Both the position numbers and the translations under genes were made by a program. DNA of 64,000 nucleotides, taken from Myxococcota bacterium. GTDB lineage: Bacteria > Myxococcota_A > UBA9160 > UBA6930. A model generated the notes under the pieces. The model saw only the letters and a list, made by a program, of their open reading frames with translations. It ran no database searches and was not told where the DNA came from. The DNA is taken from NCBI GenBank assembly GCA_965223415.1, contig OZ245002.1, positions 4,608,001-4,672,000 of the forward strand. Reading direction: 5' to 3'. Below are positions 10,294 through 19,340 of this stretch, piece after piece (the first letter of the stretch is position 1; each line of letters starts with the position of its first letter).

Positions 10294-11451
10294 TTGAGCC
10301 GCAGCGTCGTCGGATTGGCTCTCCTGCTGATCGGCGTCGACTTCCTCGACGAGCTCTCTTCGGGCATCCCCTTCGTCTCCTCGCCGGACATCCAGGCCGA
10401 CTTCGGGCTCGGCTACGGCCAGGCGGCCGGCTGGCTGCTCACGGCGATGGCCGTGCTCGGCGTGGTGCTGGAGCCGCCGCTCCTGGTCCTCGCCGACCGC
10501 TGGCCGCGGAAGTGGTTCGTGTGCAGCGGGCTCGCGGCCCTGGGCGCGGTCTGTGCGATGGCGGCCTGGGCGCCGAGCTATCCGGTGCTGGTCGCGGCGC
10601 TGCTGCTCTTCGGTCCCGCCAGCGGCGTGGGAGTGAACGCGGCCCAGGCGACGTTGATGGACGCGCACCCGCGCCACCGCGAGCGCATGATGGTGCGCTG
10701 GACCCTGGCCGGCGCGCTCGGCGATCTGGCGACGCCCGGCTTCCTCCTGCTCTGCGGGCTGCTCGGCGGTGGCTGGCGTCTCGGGTTCGCCGCCGTCGGC
10801 GCGCTCCTGATCGGCTACGCGGCGCTGCTCTGGACCCGCGCCTTCCCGCGGCCGGTGCGTGACCCGGACGCACCCGCGCCCGGCGGGATCGCCTCCGTTC
10901 GCGCCGCCCTCCGGGAGCCCCGGCTTCGCGCCTGGGTGGCGGCCGTCCTTGCCTGCGAGCTGATGGACGAGATCCTGGTGGCCTTCGGCGCCCTCTACCT
11001 GCGCGACCACGTGGAGGCCGGCGCCTCCGTCCGGGCGGCGATCCTCACCGCCTTCCTATCCGGCGGCGTCCTCGGGCTCTTCGCCGCCGAGGCCGGGCTC
11101 CGGCGGGCTCGTCCGAAGACCCTGCTGATCGTGTCCACCCTGGCCTGCGTGGGCTGCTACGGCGCCTGGCTCACGGCGACCGCGCCCCTGGCGAGCGGCG
11201 TGCTGATGGCCCTCTCGGGCTTCTTCGCCGCCATGCACTATCCCCTGTGCCAGGCCCAGGCGTACCGGGCGCTTCCGCAGGCCTCCGGCACCGTCAGCGG
11301 CGTGCTGAGCGCGGCCGGGGCGATCATGCTCCCCATCCCCCTGCTGCTCGGTTGGATCGCCGACACCCAGGGGCTCGCCTGGACCCTGGGGCTGCTGCTT
11401 CTCCAGCCGGCGATCGTTCTCGGGGTCGCGTGGCGCGCGGCTAGAGCTTGA
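10294..11451 (+). CDS. MFS transporter
   Basis: About 12 hydrophobic segments; LADRWPRK and GWIADTQG MFS loop motifs. Confidence 0.82.
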   Translation: MSRSVVGLALLLIGVDFLDELSSGIPFVSSPDIQADFGLGYGQAAGWLLTAMAVLGVVLEPPLLVLADRWPRKWFVCSGLAALGAVCAMAAWAPSYPVLVAALLLFGPASGVGVNAAQATLMDAHPRHRERMMVRWTLAGALGDLATPGFLLLCGLLGGGWRLGFAAVGALLIGYAALLWTRAFPRPVRDPDAPAPGGIASVRAALREPRLRAWVAAVLACELMDEILVAFGALYLRDHVEAGASVRAAILTAFLSGGVLGLFAAEAGLRRARPKTLLIVSTLACVGCYGAWLTATAPLASGVLMALSGFFAAMHYPLCQAQAYRALPQASGTVSGVLSAAGAIMLPIPLLLGWIADTQGLAWTLGLLLLQPAIVLGVAWRAARA

Positions 11452-12178
11452 CGACGGTGCCGTCGTCGGCGACGTCGAAGCCCTGGTAATCGGTGAGCGA
11501 GCGCATGTCCTCACCGAGGTGGGTGAGGACGAGGGAGCCGACGTCGAATTCGCGGCGCTGCTCCGCGAGCTCCTCCAGGGAGAGGTGGTACTCGTAGCTC
11601 CGGCCCACCTGGGTGCACTCGCACAGGAACAGGTCGCAGCCGGCCACGTGGGCCGGGAGCTCGTCGAACCAGCCCGTGTCTCCGGAGTAGGCGACCTGGT
11701 GGCCGCCGGCGTCGACGATCAGGCCGTGGGGACAGGAGTCGGGCGAGTGGTGGGTCTCGAAGGTGCGGCAGCGCACCGGCCCGAGCTCCGAGTCGGAGCC
11801 CGGCGGGAGCTCCTGGAAGTGGATCGGGAAGCTCCACCCGTGGTCCTCGATGCCGTGTCCCAGGGCCATGGCCGCCCGTCGCACCCGGCGCTCCACGCTG
11901 GGCGGGCCGGCGATGCGCAGGGGCTTGCGCCGCTCGTCCTGGTACTCCGCTGCCAGCAGGAAGAGGGGGATGCCCCCGAAATGGTCGGCGTGGAAGTGGG
12001 AGACGACGATCACGTCGATCTCGTCGCGGGAGAGGCCCATCGCCGCGAGGCCGGTCCCGGTCGTCTGGCCGCAATCGAGGAGCGCGCCGCCGTTCGGCGC
12101 CCGCACCAGGTAGGCGCTCTGGCGCCGACCGCCCGAGCCGAACGCGTCGCTCGTTCCGATCAGGACGACGTCGGTCAT
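11441..12178 (-). CDS. Metallo-beta-lactamase-fold hydrolase (RNase Z/phosphodiesterase-like)
   Basis: GTSDAFGSGGR, LLDCG, SHFHADHFGG (HxHxDH), YSGDT, LTHLG. Confidence 0.9.
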   Translation of the reverse strand: MTDVVLIGTSDAFGSGGRRQSAYLVRAPNGGALLDCGQTTGTGLAAMGLSRDEIDVIVVSHFHADHFGGIPLFLLAAEYQDERRKPLRIAGPPSVERRVRRAAMALGHGIEDHGWSFPIHFQELPPGSDSELGPVRCRTFETHHSPDSCPHGLIVDAGGHQVAYSGDTGWFDELPAHVAGCDLFLCECTQVGRSYEYHLSLEELAEQRREFDVGSLVLTHLGEDMRSLTDYQGFDVADDGTVVKL

Positions 12179-13098
12179 GCGGCCGTTCCGCACGGGACGA
12201 AGTCGCCGCCGGCGAAGACCCCGTCCCGGCCGCGAAAGCCCTCGGGCACCCGTTCGCCGTCCCAGACGACGACCCGATCCAGCTCGGCGCTGGCGGGCAC
12301 CCGCGCGTCGGCTCCGAGGATGCGGTCCTTCCCGAGACGCACGCCGCGCCCGGCGGCCCGGGCCGGGACGTCGAGGTAGCGGAGGGCCGGCTCGGCGAAG
12401 TTGGCGGCCAGGTACTCCGCCGGCGTCCCGACCGGAATCCACACGGTCTCGTCCGTGCTGCCGATCTCGGCGCCCACGTCCCCCACCGTCTCGGCCCGGG
12501 GCGCCAGCCACTCGTCCAGGTGGCTGAAGGCCTCGCGCTCGGGCAGGGAGGCGAAGGCGTCCGGGGAGACGACGTTCAGCCAGGTGTAGACGCCGGCGGC
12601 CTGCTCGCCGCCCAGGTCGAAGCGCCGGGCGATCCGACGCAGGCGCCCCTCTCCGTCGATCCCGATCGTCCCGAAGCGCTCCGCCCTCGGGTCGTCCCGG
12701 AGGAGCAGGGTGGCCGCGCGGCCGCTCTGGCGATGGCGCGCCAGCAGGGCGGCCAGGTCCAGGTCCAGGATCATGTCGCCTCCGAGGATGAGACAGGGGT
12801 CGCTCTCCTGAAGGAACTCGACCACGCGCCGGATGGCCCCCCCCGTATGGAGGAGCTCCGGCTCGTGGGAGAAGTGGAGTTCGACGCCGGGCGGACAGGA
12901 CGCCCGACAGGCCTCGCGCAGGGCCGGGGCCAGGTGATGGGTATTGATCACGATCTCGCGCACGCCCACGGAGGCCAGCAGCGCCAGGGGGTAGGCGACC
13001 AAAGGCAGGCCGCGGACCGGCACCGCCGGCTTCGGCAGGAGCCGGGTCAACGGAGCGAGGCGCGTGCCCAGTCCGGCGCCGACGATCATCGCCCTCAC
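12175..13098 (-). CDS. murU: Nucleotidyltransferase, MurU-like
   Basis: AMIVGAGLGTRLAPLT..PKP, VINTHHL, E.ELLHTGG; translationally coupled to the amgK-like gene. Confidence 0.7.
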   Translation of the reverse strand: MRAMIVGAGLGTRLAPLTRLLPKPAVPVRGLPLVAYPLALLASVGVREIVINTHHLAPALREACRASCPPGVELHFSHEPELLHTGGAIRRVVEFLQESDPCLILGGDMILDLDLAALLARHRQSGRAATLLLRDDPRAERFGTIGIDGEGRLRRIARRFDLGGEQAAGVYTWLNVVSPDAFASLPEREAFSHLDEWLAPRAETVGDVGAEIGSTDETVWIPVGTPAEYLAANFAEPALRYLDVPARAAGRGVRLGKDRILGADARVPASAELDRVVVWDGERVPEGFRGRDGVFAGGDFVPCGTAA

Positions 13099-14183
13099 CG
13101 GGCCTGCTCCGGAAGCGCCCTCACCAGCTCGGCCAGCCGCTCCAGCTCCGGCGCGAGGCCCGCCGTGGCGGAGGCCGCCGCGTGTAGCATGCGGGCAGTG
13201 GCGGCGAGCGCCGCCGGCTCCTCTTCACGCCCCCGGGTCGCGGCAGCGTAGAGAAAGCGCGCGTGGTCCTTGCCCTTGCGCGTCAGGGTGAGCAGGTCGA
13301 AGCGCCGCCGCAGGACGTCCGCCGGGGGCGCATCGGGCAGGGCGGGGCCCACCCGGGCGAGCAGGGCGTCGAGCTCCGCGTCGGGGGTCGGCCGGTAGGA
13401 ATCGCGCAGCAGGCACACGAGGTCGTACTCGGGTGGCGCCAGGAACGCACCCTGGAGATCGATCCAGACGATCCGCGTCTCCGGCTCGAGATCGGCGAGC
13501 AGCAGGTTGCGGCTCTGCAGGTCCCGGTGGGCCAGCCGCTCCGGTGCCTCGGCGCAGACACCGGCGATCCACGCGAAGGCCTCGCGAACGGCGCCGATCT
13601 CGCTCGCCCTAGCCGAGCGGCCGAGCGCCTGGGGCAGGCTCCACGCGGCGAAGAGCTCCGCCTTGTAGCGGAACAGCGGCGCGTCCAGGTGACGCTCGAA
13701 GGCGGCCACCGCCGGGTCGCGGGGCACCTGCTGCAGGCGGGGGATCGTGTCGACGATGCGGCGCAGCCAGCCCGCGCAGCGCTCCGGCGCCAGACGCGCG
13801 GCGCGCTCGAGGGTGAGGTCGCCCGCGTCCTCCAGCAGCTCGATGCCGGCCTGCGCATCGCCGCCGAAGCGGCGCGGCACGGGAAGCCCGTGACCCTCGA
13901 GGTGGGTGCGCAGAGGCTCGAGGGGCGGCTCCGGCGGCACACCGGCCGGGCGCCCGGCGGGATCCTCCGGTGCATCGACCCGCGCGATCACGCGATGGGG
14001 TGCGGCCGCGAAGTGCAGCCGGTAGAAGTGGCGCAGGCCGAGGCCGGCGGGGATCCGCTCGACGCTGGTCGGCACCTTCCCCAAGACCGCTGCGGCGAGG
14101 GCCTCGACCTCCGCCGGGGCGCGCGACGTCGTCAACGCCGGCTTCCGGCGCGAGGGCGAAGCGGTCTGTGCTGCAGCCGACAT
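13095..14183 (-). CDS. amgK: Aminoglycoside-phosphotransferase-family kinase, AmgK-like
   Basis: LLEDAGD.TL, HRDLQSRNLL, IDLQGA, YDLVCLLRDSY. Confidence 0.7.
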   Translation of the reverse strand: MSAAAQTASPSRRKPALTTSRAPAEVEALAAAVLGKVPTSVERIPAGLGLRHFYRLHFAAAPHRVIARVDAPEDPAGRPAGVPPEPPLEPLRTHLEGHGLPVPRRFGGDAQAGIELLEDAGDLTLERAARLAPERCAGWLRRIVDTIPRLQQVPRDPAVAAFERHLDAPLFRYKAELFAAWSLPQALGRSARASEIGAVREAFAWIAGVCAEAPERLAHRDLQSRNLLLADLEPETRIVWIDLQGAFLAPPEYDLVCLLRDSYRPTPDAELDALLARVGPALPDAPPADVLRRRFDLLTLTRKGKDHARFLYAAATRGREEEPAALAATARMLHAAASATAGLAPELERLAELVRALPEQAR

Positions 14184-14252
14184 CTCCAACTCTCCGCCGC
14201 GCGCGAGTACAGCCATGCGCCCGCGGTCGGCCCTCCCCGCATCGGCCGTCGA

Positions 14253-15575
14253 TCAGCCGAAGAAGAGATGGCAAGCCGCCACGGCACCGACGAACCCCGC
14301 AAAGTCTCCCGCCAGGCACGCCGGTAGGATGTGACGCGCGTCACCGATTCGTGCGGCGCCGAGATACACCGCCAACACGTAGAACGTGGTCTCGGTCGAG
14401 CCCATCAACGTGCTGGAAAGCAGCCCGGTGAACGAGTCGGCGCCGTGGGCCTGGAGGATCTCCGCCATCACACCGAAGGAGCCGGAGCCCGAGAGCGGAC
14501 GCAGCAGCGCCATCGGCAACGAAGCGGCGGGCACGCCGACGGCGGAGGTGAGAGGCTCGAGGGCGCCGATCAGGATGTCGAGGGCGCCGGAGCCCCGGAA
14601 CATGGCGATCGCCACGAGGATCGCCACGAGGTAGGGCGCGATGCGCACCGCCACGTCGAGGCCTTCGCGGCCGGCGTCCACCAGCACGTCGTACACGCGC
14701 ACCCGCCCGGCCACGCCGACCAGGACCAGGCCGGCGATCAGCAGCGGCAGCATCCAGTGCACGATGAACTCGTCGCGCACGAAACCCCAGCCGCCGACCT
14801 CGGGGACGCGCTCGTCGAGCCGGTAGAGGAGGCCCACCAGCAGGGCGAGGGCGAAGCCCGCCAGCACCGCGGCACGCCCGCGATCCATCGGCTCCCGGGG
14901 CGCGTCCACGTCCGGCAGCTCGACCTCGGGCAGGCCCTCCTCGTCGGGAGCCTCCATCTCGTCGTCCGCGTCCCCGGTGGGCGGGCGCGGACGGAAGATC
15001 CGCAGCCGTTGGAGCATCAGGCAGGTCGAGACCGCCACGGTCGTGGAGCACAGGGTGGCGATGAGGGTCGGGACCCAGATGGCGAAGGGCATCGCCGAGC
15101 CCGCCTCCACCCGCGCGAACACGGTGCCCGTGGGAGGGAACAGCACGATCGAGGAGGTGTTGATGGCCAGGAAGAGGGCCATCGTGTTGGTGGCAGAGCC
15201 GCGGATCGGGTTGAGCTTGTTCAGCTCGAGCATGGCCTTGATGCCAAAGGGCGTCGCGGCGTTCCCCAGCCCGAGGATGTTCGCGGCGAAGTTCATGATC
15301 ATCGCGCCCATGGCCGGATGGTCCGCCGGGACCTCGGGGAACAGGCGGCGCAGGATCGGGCGCAGCGCGCGGACCACCCAACGCAGCATGCCGCCGTCCG
15401 CCGCCACCCGGACCAGTCCGAGGAACAGGATCATCCCGCCGGTCAGGGTGATGACGAGCTCGATCGCGCTCTTCGCTGCCAGGAGGGCGCCGTTCGAGAC
15501 GTCCTCCATCCGGCCGGTGAACGCCGCCACGATGACGGAGAGGAGCACGAGGCCGATCCAGATGGCATTGAGCAC
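14253..15575 (-). CDS. SpmA/SpmB fusion membrane protein (nucleoside-recognition Gate domains)
   Basis: LNAIW, RLFPEVPADHP, NILGLGNAATPFGIKAM (SpmA); LRPLSGSG, GSTETTFYVLAVY (SpmB). Confidence 0.9.
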   Translation of the reverse strand: MLNAIWIGLVLLSVIVAAFTGRMEDVSNGALLAAKSAIELVITLTGGMILFLGLVRVAADGGMLRWVVRALRPILRRLFPEVPADHPAMGAMIMNFAANILGLGNAATPFGIKAMLELNKLNPIRGSATNTMALFLAINTSSIVLFPPTGTVFARVEAGSAMPFAIWVPTLIATLCSTTVAVSTCLMLQRLRIFRPRPPTGDADDEMEAPDEEGLPEVELPDVDAPREPMDRGRAAVLAGFALALLVGLLYRLDERVPEVGGWGFVRDEFIVHWMLPLLIAGLVLVGVAGRVRVYDVLVDAGREGLDVAVRIAPYLVAILVAIAMFRGSGALDILIGALEPLTSAVGVPAASLPMALLRPLSGSGSFGVMAEILQAHGADSFTGLLSSTLMGSTETTFYVLAVYLGAARIGDARHILPACLAGDFAGFVGAVAACHLFFG

Positions 15576-15727
15576 CGCGCATCCCCCATCGGCGCCGCAT
15601 CGCCTGCCGCGCGGTTCGCCATCGGCGCAGGCCATGAGACAAGCGGTCGGGGGCCCGGGGTGCAAGCGCCGAGGCCCCGAGGCAGGGCGCATTGCCGGTG
15701 GCCCTGCCCGCGGATAGGTTCGGCGAC

Positions 15728-17158
15728 GTGCGCGGAAGAGGCCTGGCCGCCAAGCTGCTGCTCGGGTTGTCGGGCCTGCTCGGGCTCGTCGCGCCCGCGG
15801 GCGCCGATCCGGCGGAGGCCCTGTCCCGGGCCCTGACGGCGCGGGGGCTGGCTGGCGCGCGCCTCTCCGTGCTGGTCGTGGACCGGGGCGACGGGGAGGT
15901 CCTGTTCGCCCGCCATCCCGAGCGGGCGCTGGTGCCCGCCTCCAATCAGAAGCTCCTCACGGCAGCCGCCGCGCTGGCCGCCTGGGGCCCGGCCCACCGG
16001 TTCGAGACCGAGGTCCGCGCGCCGGCAGCGGTGAGCCCGGACGGCGAGCTCAGCGGGCTCCACGTGCGCGCCGGCGGCGATCCGGCGATGACCTCCGAGC
16101 AGTGGTGGCGGCTGGCGGCGGACCTGCGGGCGCTCGGGGTGGAGCGGATCCACGGCCCGTTGGTGGTGGACGACCACGCCTTCGACGACGAGCGCTGGCA
16201 TCCGAGCTGGCAGCCCATCACCGCCCGGGCCTACCACGCACCGGTCGGCGCGCTGTCGGCGAACTACGGCGCCTTCCGGGTGCGCGCTGCCCCGGGGGCG
16301 GGGCAGGGGCAGCCTGCCCGGGTCACGATCGATCCGCCGGTGCCCTACCTGCAGCTGCGAAGCCAGGCCCGGACGGGCCCGCCGGGCGGCCGTGCCGCGC
16401 TCACCGTGGACCGGGTTGCGCTCGGCGGCGCCGAGCAGGTGCGGGTCTCCGGCACCCTCCCCGCCGGAGGGGAGGCGGTGGACCTCTACCGCTCCGTCGC
16501 CCACCCGACCCGCTATGCGGCCGCCGTGCTGCGCCAGCAGCTGGCGGCCAACGGCATCGACCTGATGGGCCCGACCCGGCGCGGTCCGGCGCCCACGGAC
16601 GGACAGCCGCTCTTCACCTTCGAGGGCTTCGAGCTGGCGCGCATCGTCCAGCTGTTCGTGAAGAACAGCAACAACATGATCGGCGAGGCGCTGGTGAAGG
16701 CCCTGGGCCGCAGCGAAGGCGGAGAGCCCGGGAGCTGGCCTCGGGGCCTCGCCGCCATGCGCGCCGAGCTGGTCTCCCTGGGCGTGGACCTGGACGGCGT
16801 CCGCATGGCGGACGGCTCGGGGCTCTCCCGCGACAACCGGGTGTCGGCCCGCGTGCTCGTGGACGTGGTGCGGGCGGCGGACGCCCGCTTCGAGCTGGCC
16901 CCGGACCTGCTGGCCGCGCTCCCGATCGCCGGCCGGGACGGCACCCTGGAGAAGCGTGCCGCCGCCGTGCGGGATCGGGTACGGGCCAAGACCGGCCTCC
17001 TCACCGGGGTCACCGGCCTCACCGGCATCGCCCGCACCGCCGCCGGCCGAGACGTGGTCTTCTCGATCCTGGCGAACGGCTACGGCCGCGGCGACCGGGC
17101 GGCCATGGACGCCGTCGACGACTTCGTGGCCGCGCTGGTGGCGACCCGCTGGCCGTGA
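15728..17158 (+). CDS. dacB: D-Ala-D-Ala carboxypeptidase/endopeptidase PBP4 (peptidase S13)
   Basis: PASNQK (SxxK), GGDP, SNN, DGSGLSR.N, AKTG; signal peptide; start uncertain (15692 or 15728). Confidence 0.92.
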   Translation: MRGRGLAAKLLLGLSGLLGLVAPAGADPAEALSRALTARGLAGARLSVLVVDRGDGEVLFARHPERALVPASNQKLLTAAAALAAWGPAHRFETEVRAPAAVSPDGELSGLHVRAGGDPAMTSEQWWRLAADLRALGVERIHGPLVVDDHAFDDERWHPSWQPITARAYHAPVGALSANYGAFRVRAAPGAGQGQPARVTIDPPVPYLQLRSQARTGPPGGRAALTVDRVALGGAEQVRVSGTLPAGGEAVDLYRSVAHPTRYAAAVLRQQLAANGIDLMGPTRRGPAPTDGQPLFTFEGFELARIVQLFVKNSNNMIGEALVKALGRSEGGEPGSWPRGLAAMRAELVSLGVDLDGVRMADGSGLSRDNRVSARVLVDVVRAADARFELAPDLLAALPIAGRDGTLEKRAAAVRDRVRAKTGLLTGVTGLTGIARTAAGRDVVFSILANGYGRGDRAAMDAVDDFVAALVATRWP

Positions 17159-17170
17159 GCCGGGAGACCT

Positions 17171-17500
17171 CTACCCCAGGGGCGAGAGGCCGAGCTCGTA
17201 GAGCGCGCCCAGGTTGTTGTGGACGGCGTAGGCCGTGCTCGCGATGACCACGGCCAGGAAGAGCACCTTCAGCTCTTCAGGTACCAGTCGCGTCCTTACC
17301 AGGAAGAGCATGCCGAGCAGGGTGACGGCGCTGTCGATCCAGAGGCCCGGCGCCAGCCCGATCGCCTCGAAGAGCCAGCGGGAGATGGGGTTCGCCTCGG
17401 TCACCGTCCAGCCCGCCACGGGCCGGTCCAGGCAGAGGAAGGTGGTCCAGTGGTCGGCCGCCGATACCAGCAACACCAGGAACGCGAGCGTGACGACCAT
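17171..17500 (-). CDS. Small membrane protein (DUF5658-like)
   Basis: D..TT...EANP motif, 3 hydrophobic segments. Confidence 0.65.
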   Translation of the reverse strand: MVVTLAFLVLLVSAADHWTTFLCLDRPVAGWTVTEANPISRWLFEAIGLAPGLWIDSAVTLLGMLFLVRTRLVPEELKVLFLAVVIASTAYAVHNNLGALYELGLSPLG

Positions 17501-17513
17501 GGCGCCACACGGT

Positions 17514-17528
17514 TCAAGTTCCGTGCCC
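17514..17528 (-). promoter_or_regulatory. Putative sigma54 promoter (variant -12 element)
   Basis: Minus strand GGGCACG-GAAC-TTGA just before the ATG at 17500; palindrome CGCAGCCAGCTGCG at 17601-17614. Confidence 0.55.
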
Positions 17529-17674
17529 CCGGGCGTCTCGAAAGCGAGCTCGTGTGAACGAACGCGGGGTTCGGCGGCCGGTTGCCGGTGGGAGAGGGTG
17601 CGCAGCCAGCTGCGGCTCCCTTGGCGGAGGGAAGTGGATTGCCCACGAATCCCCGCCGCGGCGTCTCCGGGCCC

Positions 17675-17914
17675 TCAGCGCCCTCGGCGCATGCGTCCCT
17701 TGCCGAGCAGGAGCCAGTCGATCGAGACGTTCTCCTTCAGGGCGAGCTGGATCAGGAAATCCGTGTGAGGGGTCGTTCCGCTCTCGTAGCGGTTCACGTT
17801 CTGCTGGAAGACGCCGAGTTCTCGCGCGAACTGCCGCTGGGAGCGCTCGCCTCGTACCTGGGAGAGGCGCTCGGGCAGCTTCTTCTTCGCACGATCCACC
17901 GACGTCTTCGACAT
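17675..17914 (-). CDS. XRE/Cro-family HTH regulator
   Basis: SQRQFARELGVFQQNVNRYESG..P; VSIDWLLLG. Confidence 0.88.
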   Translation of the reverse strand: MSKTSVDRAKKKLPERLSQVRGERSQRQFARELGVFQQNVNRYESGTTPHTDFLIQLALKENVSIDWLLLGKGRMRRGR

Positions 17915-18014
17915 CCCCGTTCTCCTCGGTTCAGCGTTCGAAACCGCTCTGCGGCGGTGCTCCGCGACGGCCGGACCGCGCGTCACCGTACGGTGTCGTT
18001 CGCAGAGCGCGCGC

Positions 18015-18044
18015 ATTCTAGGCGAGCCCTTCGGCTTGCTGCAA
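18015..18044 (-). promoter_or_regulatory. Putative sigma70 promoter for the XRE gene
   Basis: Minus strand TTGCAG-N18-TAGAAT. Confidence 0.45.
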
Positions 18045-18087
18045 TTCCGAAGTTGTGCTTCCCGCCCCCTCGCGCGAACTTTTTTCG

Positions 18088-18684
18088 ATGCGGGTGACCG
18101 GAGGAGCGCTTGCGGGCCGGCGGATCGACGCGCCCCGTCGGGGAACGGTGCGTCCGACCGCCGACCGTGTGCGCGAGTCCCTGTTCATGCGGCTCGGGTC
18201 CCAGGAGGGAAGTCGGGTCCTCGACCTGTTCGCCGGGTCCGGCGCCCTCGGCATCGAGGCACTCTCCCGCGGCGCGACGAGTGTGGTGTTCGTCGATCGG
18301 ACGGCGGTCTGCGCGGCAACGATCCGTCGCAACCTCGAGGCGCTCGAGGTGGGGGATCGTGCGCGGGTGCTGCGCAGCCCGGTGAAGGCCGCGCTGCAAC
18401 GGCTGGCCCGGGAGCGCGCTCGCTTCGATCTCGTGCTCGTCGACCCGCCCTACGCGGCGGGCGAGGCCCAGGCCGTGCTCGAAGCCGTCGCCCGGGAGGG
18501 TCTGCTCGATCCCGCGGGAACGCTGGTGCTGGAGACCGATCGCCGGCATGATCCCGACCCGGTCGCCGGGCTGCGCCGCACCGACGAGCGGCGCTACGGT
18601 GACACGCAGCTCATCTGGTTCGCCCCGGAGGGCGACACCTCGCAGCGTGGGGGCAAGGGCCCAGCGCCGAGCGGGGACGGATGA
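18088..18684 (+). CDS. rsmD: 16S rRNA m2G966 methyltransferase
   Basis: RPT.DRVRESLF, LDLFAGSGALGIEALSRGA, DPPY. Confidence 0.95.
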   Translation: MRVTGGALAGRRIDAPRRGTVRPTADRVRESLFMRLGSQEGSRVLDLFAGSGALGIEALSRGATSVVFVDRTAVCAATIRRNLEALEVGDRARVLRSPVKAALQRLARERARFDLVLVDPPYAAGEAQAVLEAVAREGLLDPAGTLVLETDRRHDPDPVAGLRRTDERRYGDTQLIWFAPEGDTSQRGGKGPAPSGDG

Positions 18685-18700
18685 GGATCGAAGGAGCAAC

Positions 18701-19198
18701 ATGAGCGACAACGGGGACCGGCTGGCCCTCTTCCCCGCGAGCTTCGACCCGGTAACGAACGGGCACCTCGACCTGGTGCACCGCGCGCGCCGTGTCTTCC
18801 CCGAGCTGGTGGTGGCCGTCGCTCACAACGTCGACAAGAGCGGCACCTTCACGGTGGAGCAGCGCCTCGAGATGCTCCACGACGCGATCGGTGACGTGCC
18901 GGGCGTCCGCATCACCTCCTTCGCCGGTCTGGTCGTCGACTACGCCGCCGAGATCGGCGCCAGCACGATGGTCCGGGGCCTGCGCGCGAACCAGGACTTC
19001 GAGTACGAGTTCGAGATGGCCCTGATGAACCGGCACATGAACCCGGACATCGAGACCCTCTTCCTGATGACCGGCCAGGAGTACTTCTACGTCAGCTCCT
19101 CGCGCCTGAAGGAGCTCGTCTCCTTCGGTACCGACGTGAGCGAGTGGGTCCCGCCCCTGGTCGAGAAGCGCCTCCGCGAGAGGTTCGGCAAGCTCTGA
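18701..19198 (+). CDS. coaD: Phosphopantetheine adenylyltransferase
   Basis: FPASFDPVTNGHLD, RGLR...DFEYE, SSS. Confidence 0.95.
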   Translation: MSDNGDRLALFPASFDPVTNGHLDLVHRARRVFPELVVAVAHNVDKSGTFTVEQRLEMLHDAIGDVPGVRITSFAGLVVDYAAEIGASTMVRGLRANQDFEYEFEMALMNRHMNPDIETLFLMTGQEYFYVSSSRLKELVSFGTDVSEWVPPLVEKRLRERFGKL

Positions 19199-19340
19199 CC
19201 CGGGGGGCGGGATTCCCGCAGACCGTCCCGCCGCGGTCCGTTTCAGGACCCGCTCGACGGCGCCCCCTCGCCGGGTCCCGGGGGTTCGGTACCCTTTCGC
19301 CTTACGTGGTTGTTTTCCCTTGGCTTTCTCGGATCCCGGC

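Noticed and set aside
17171..17914. XRE gene plus membrane gene as a toxin-antitoxin pair
   Set aside because: Separated by about 175 bp with a distinct putative sigma54 promoter; no toxin motif.
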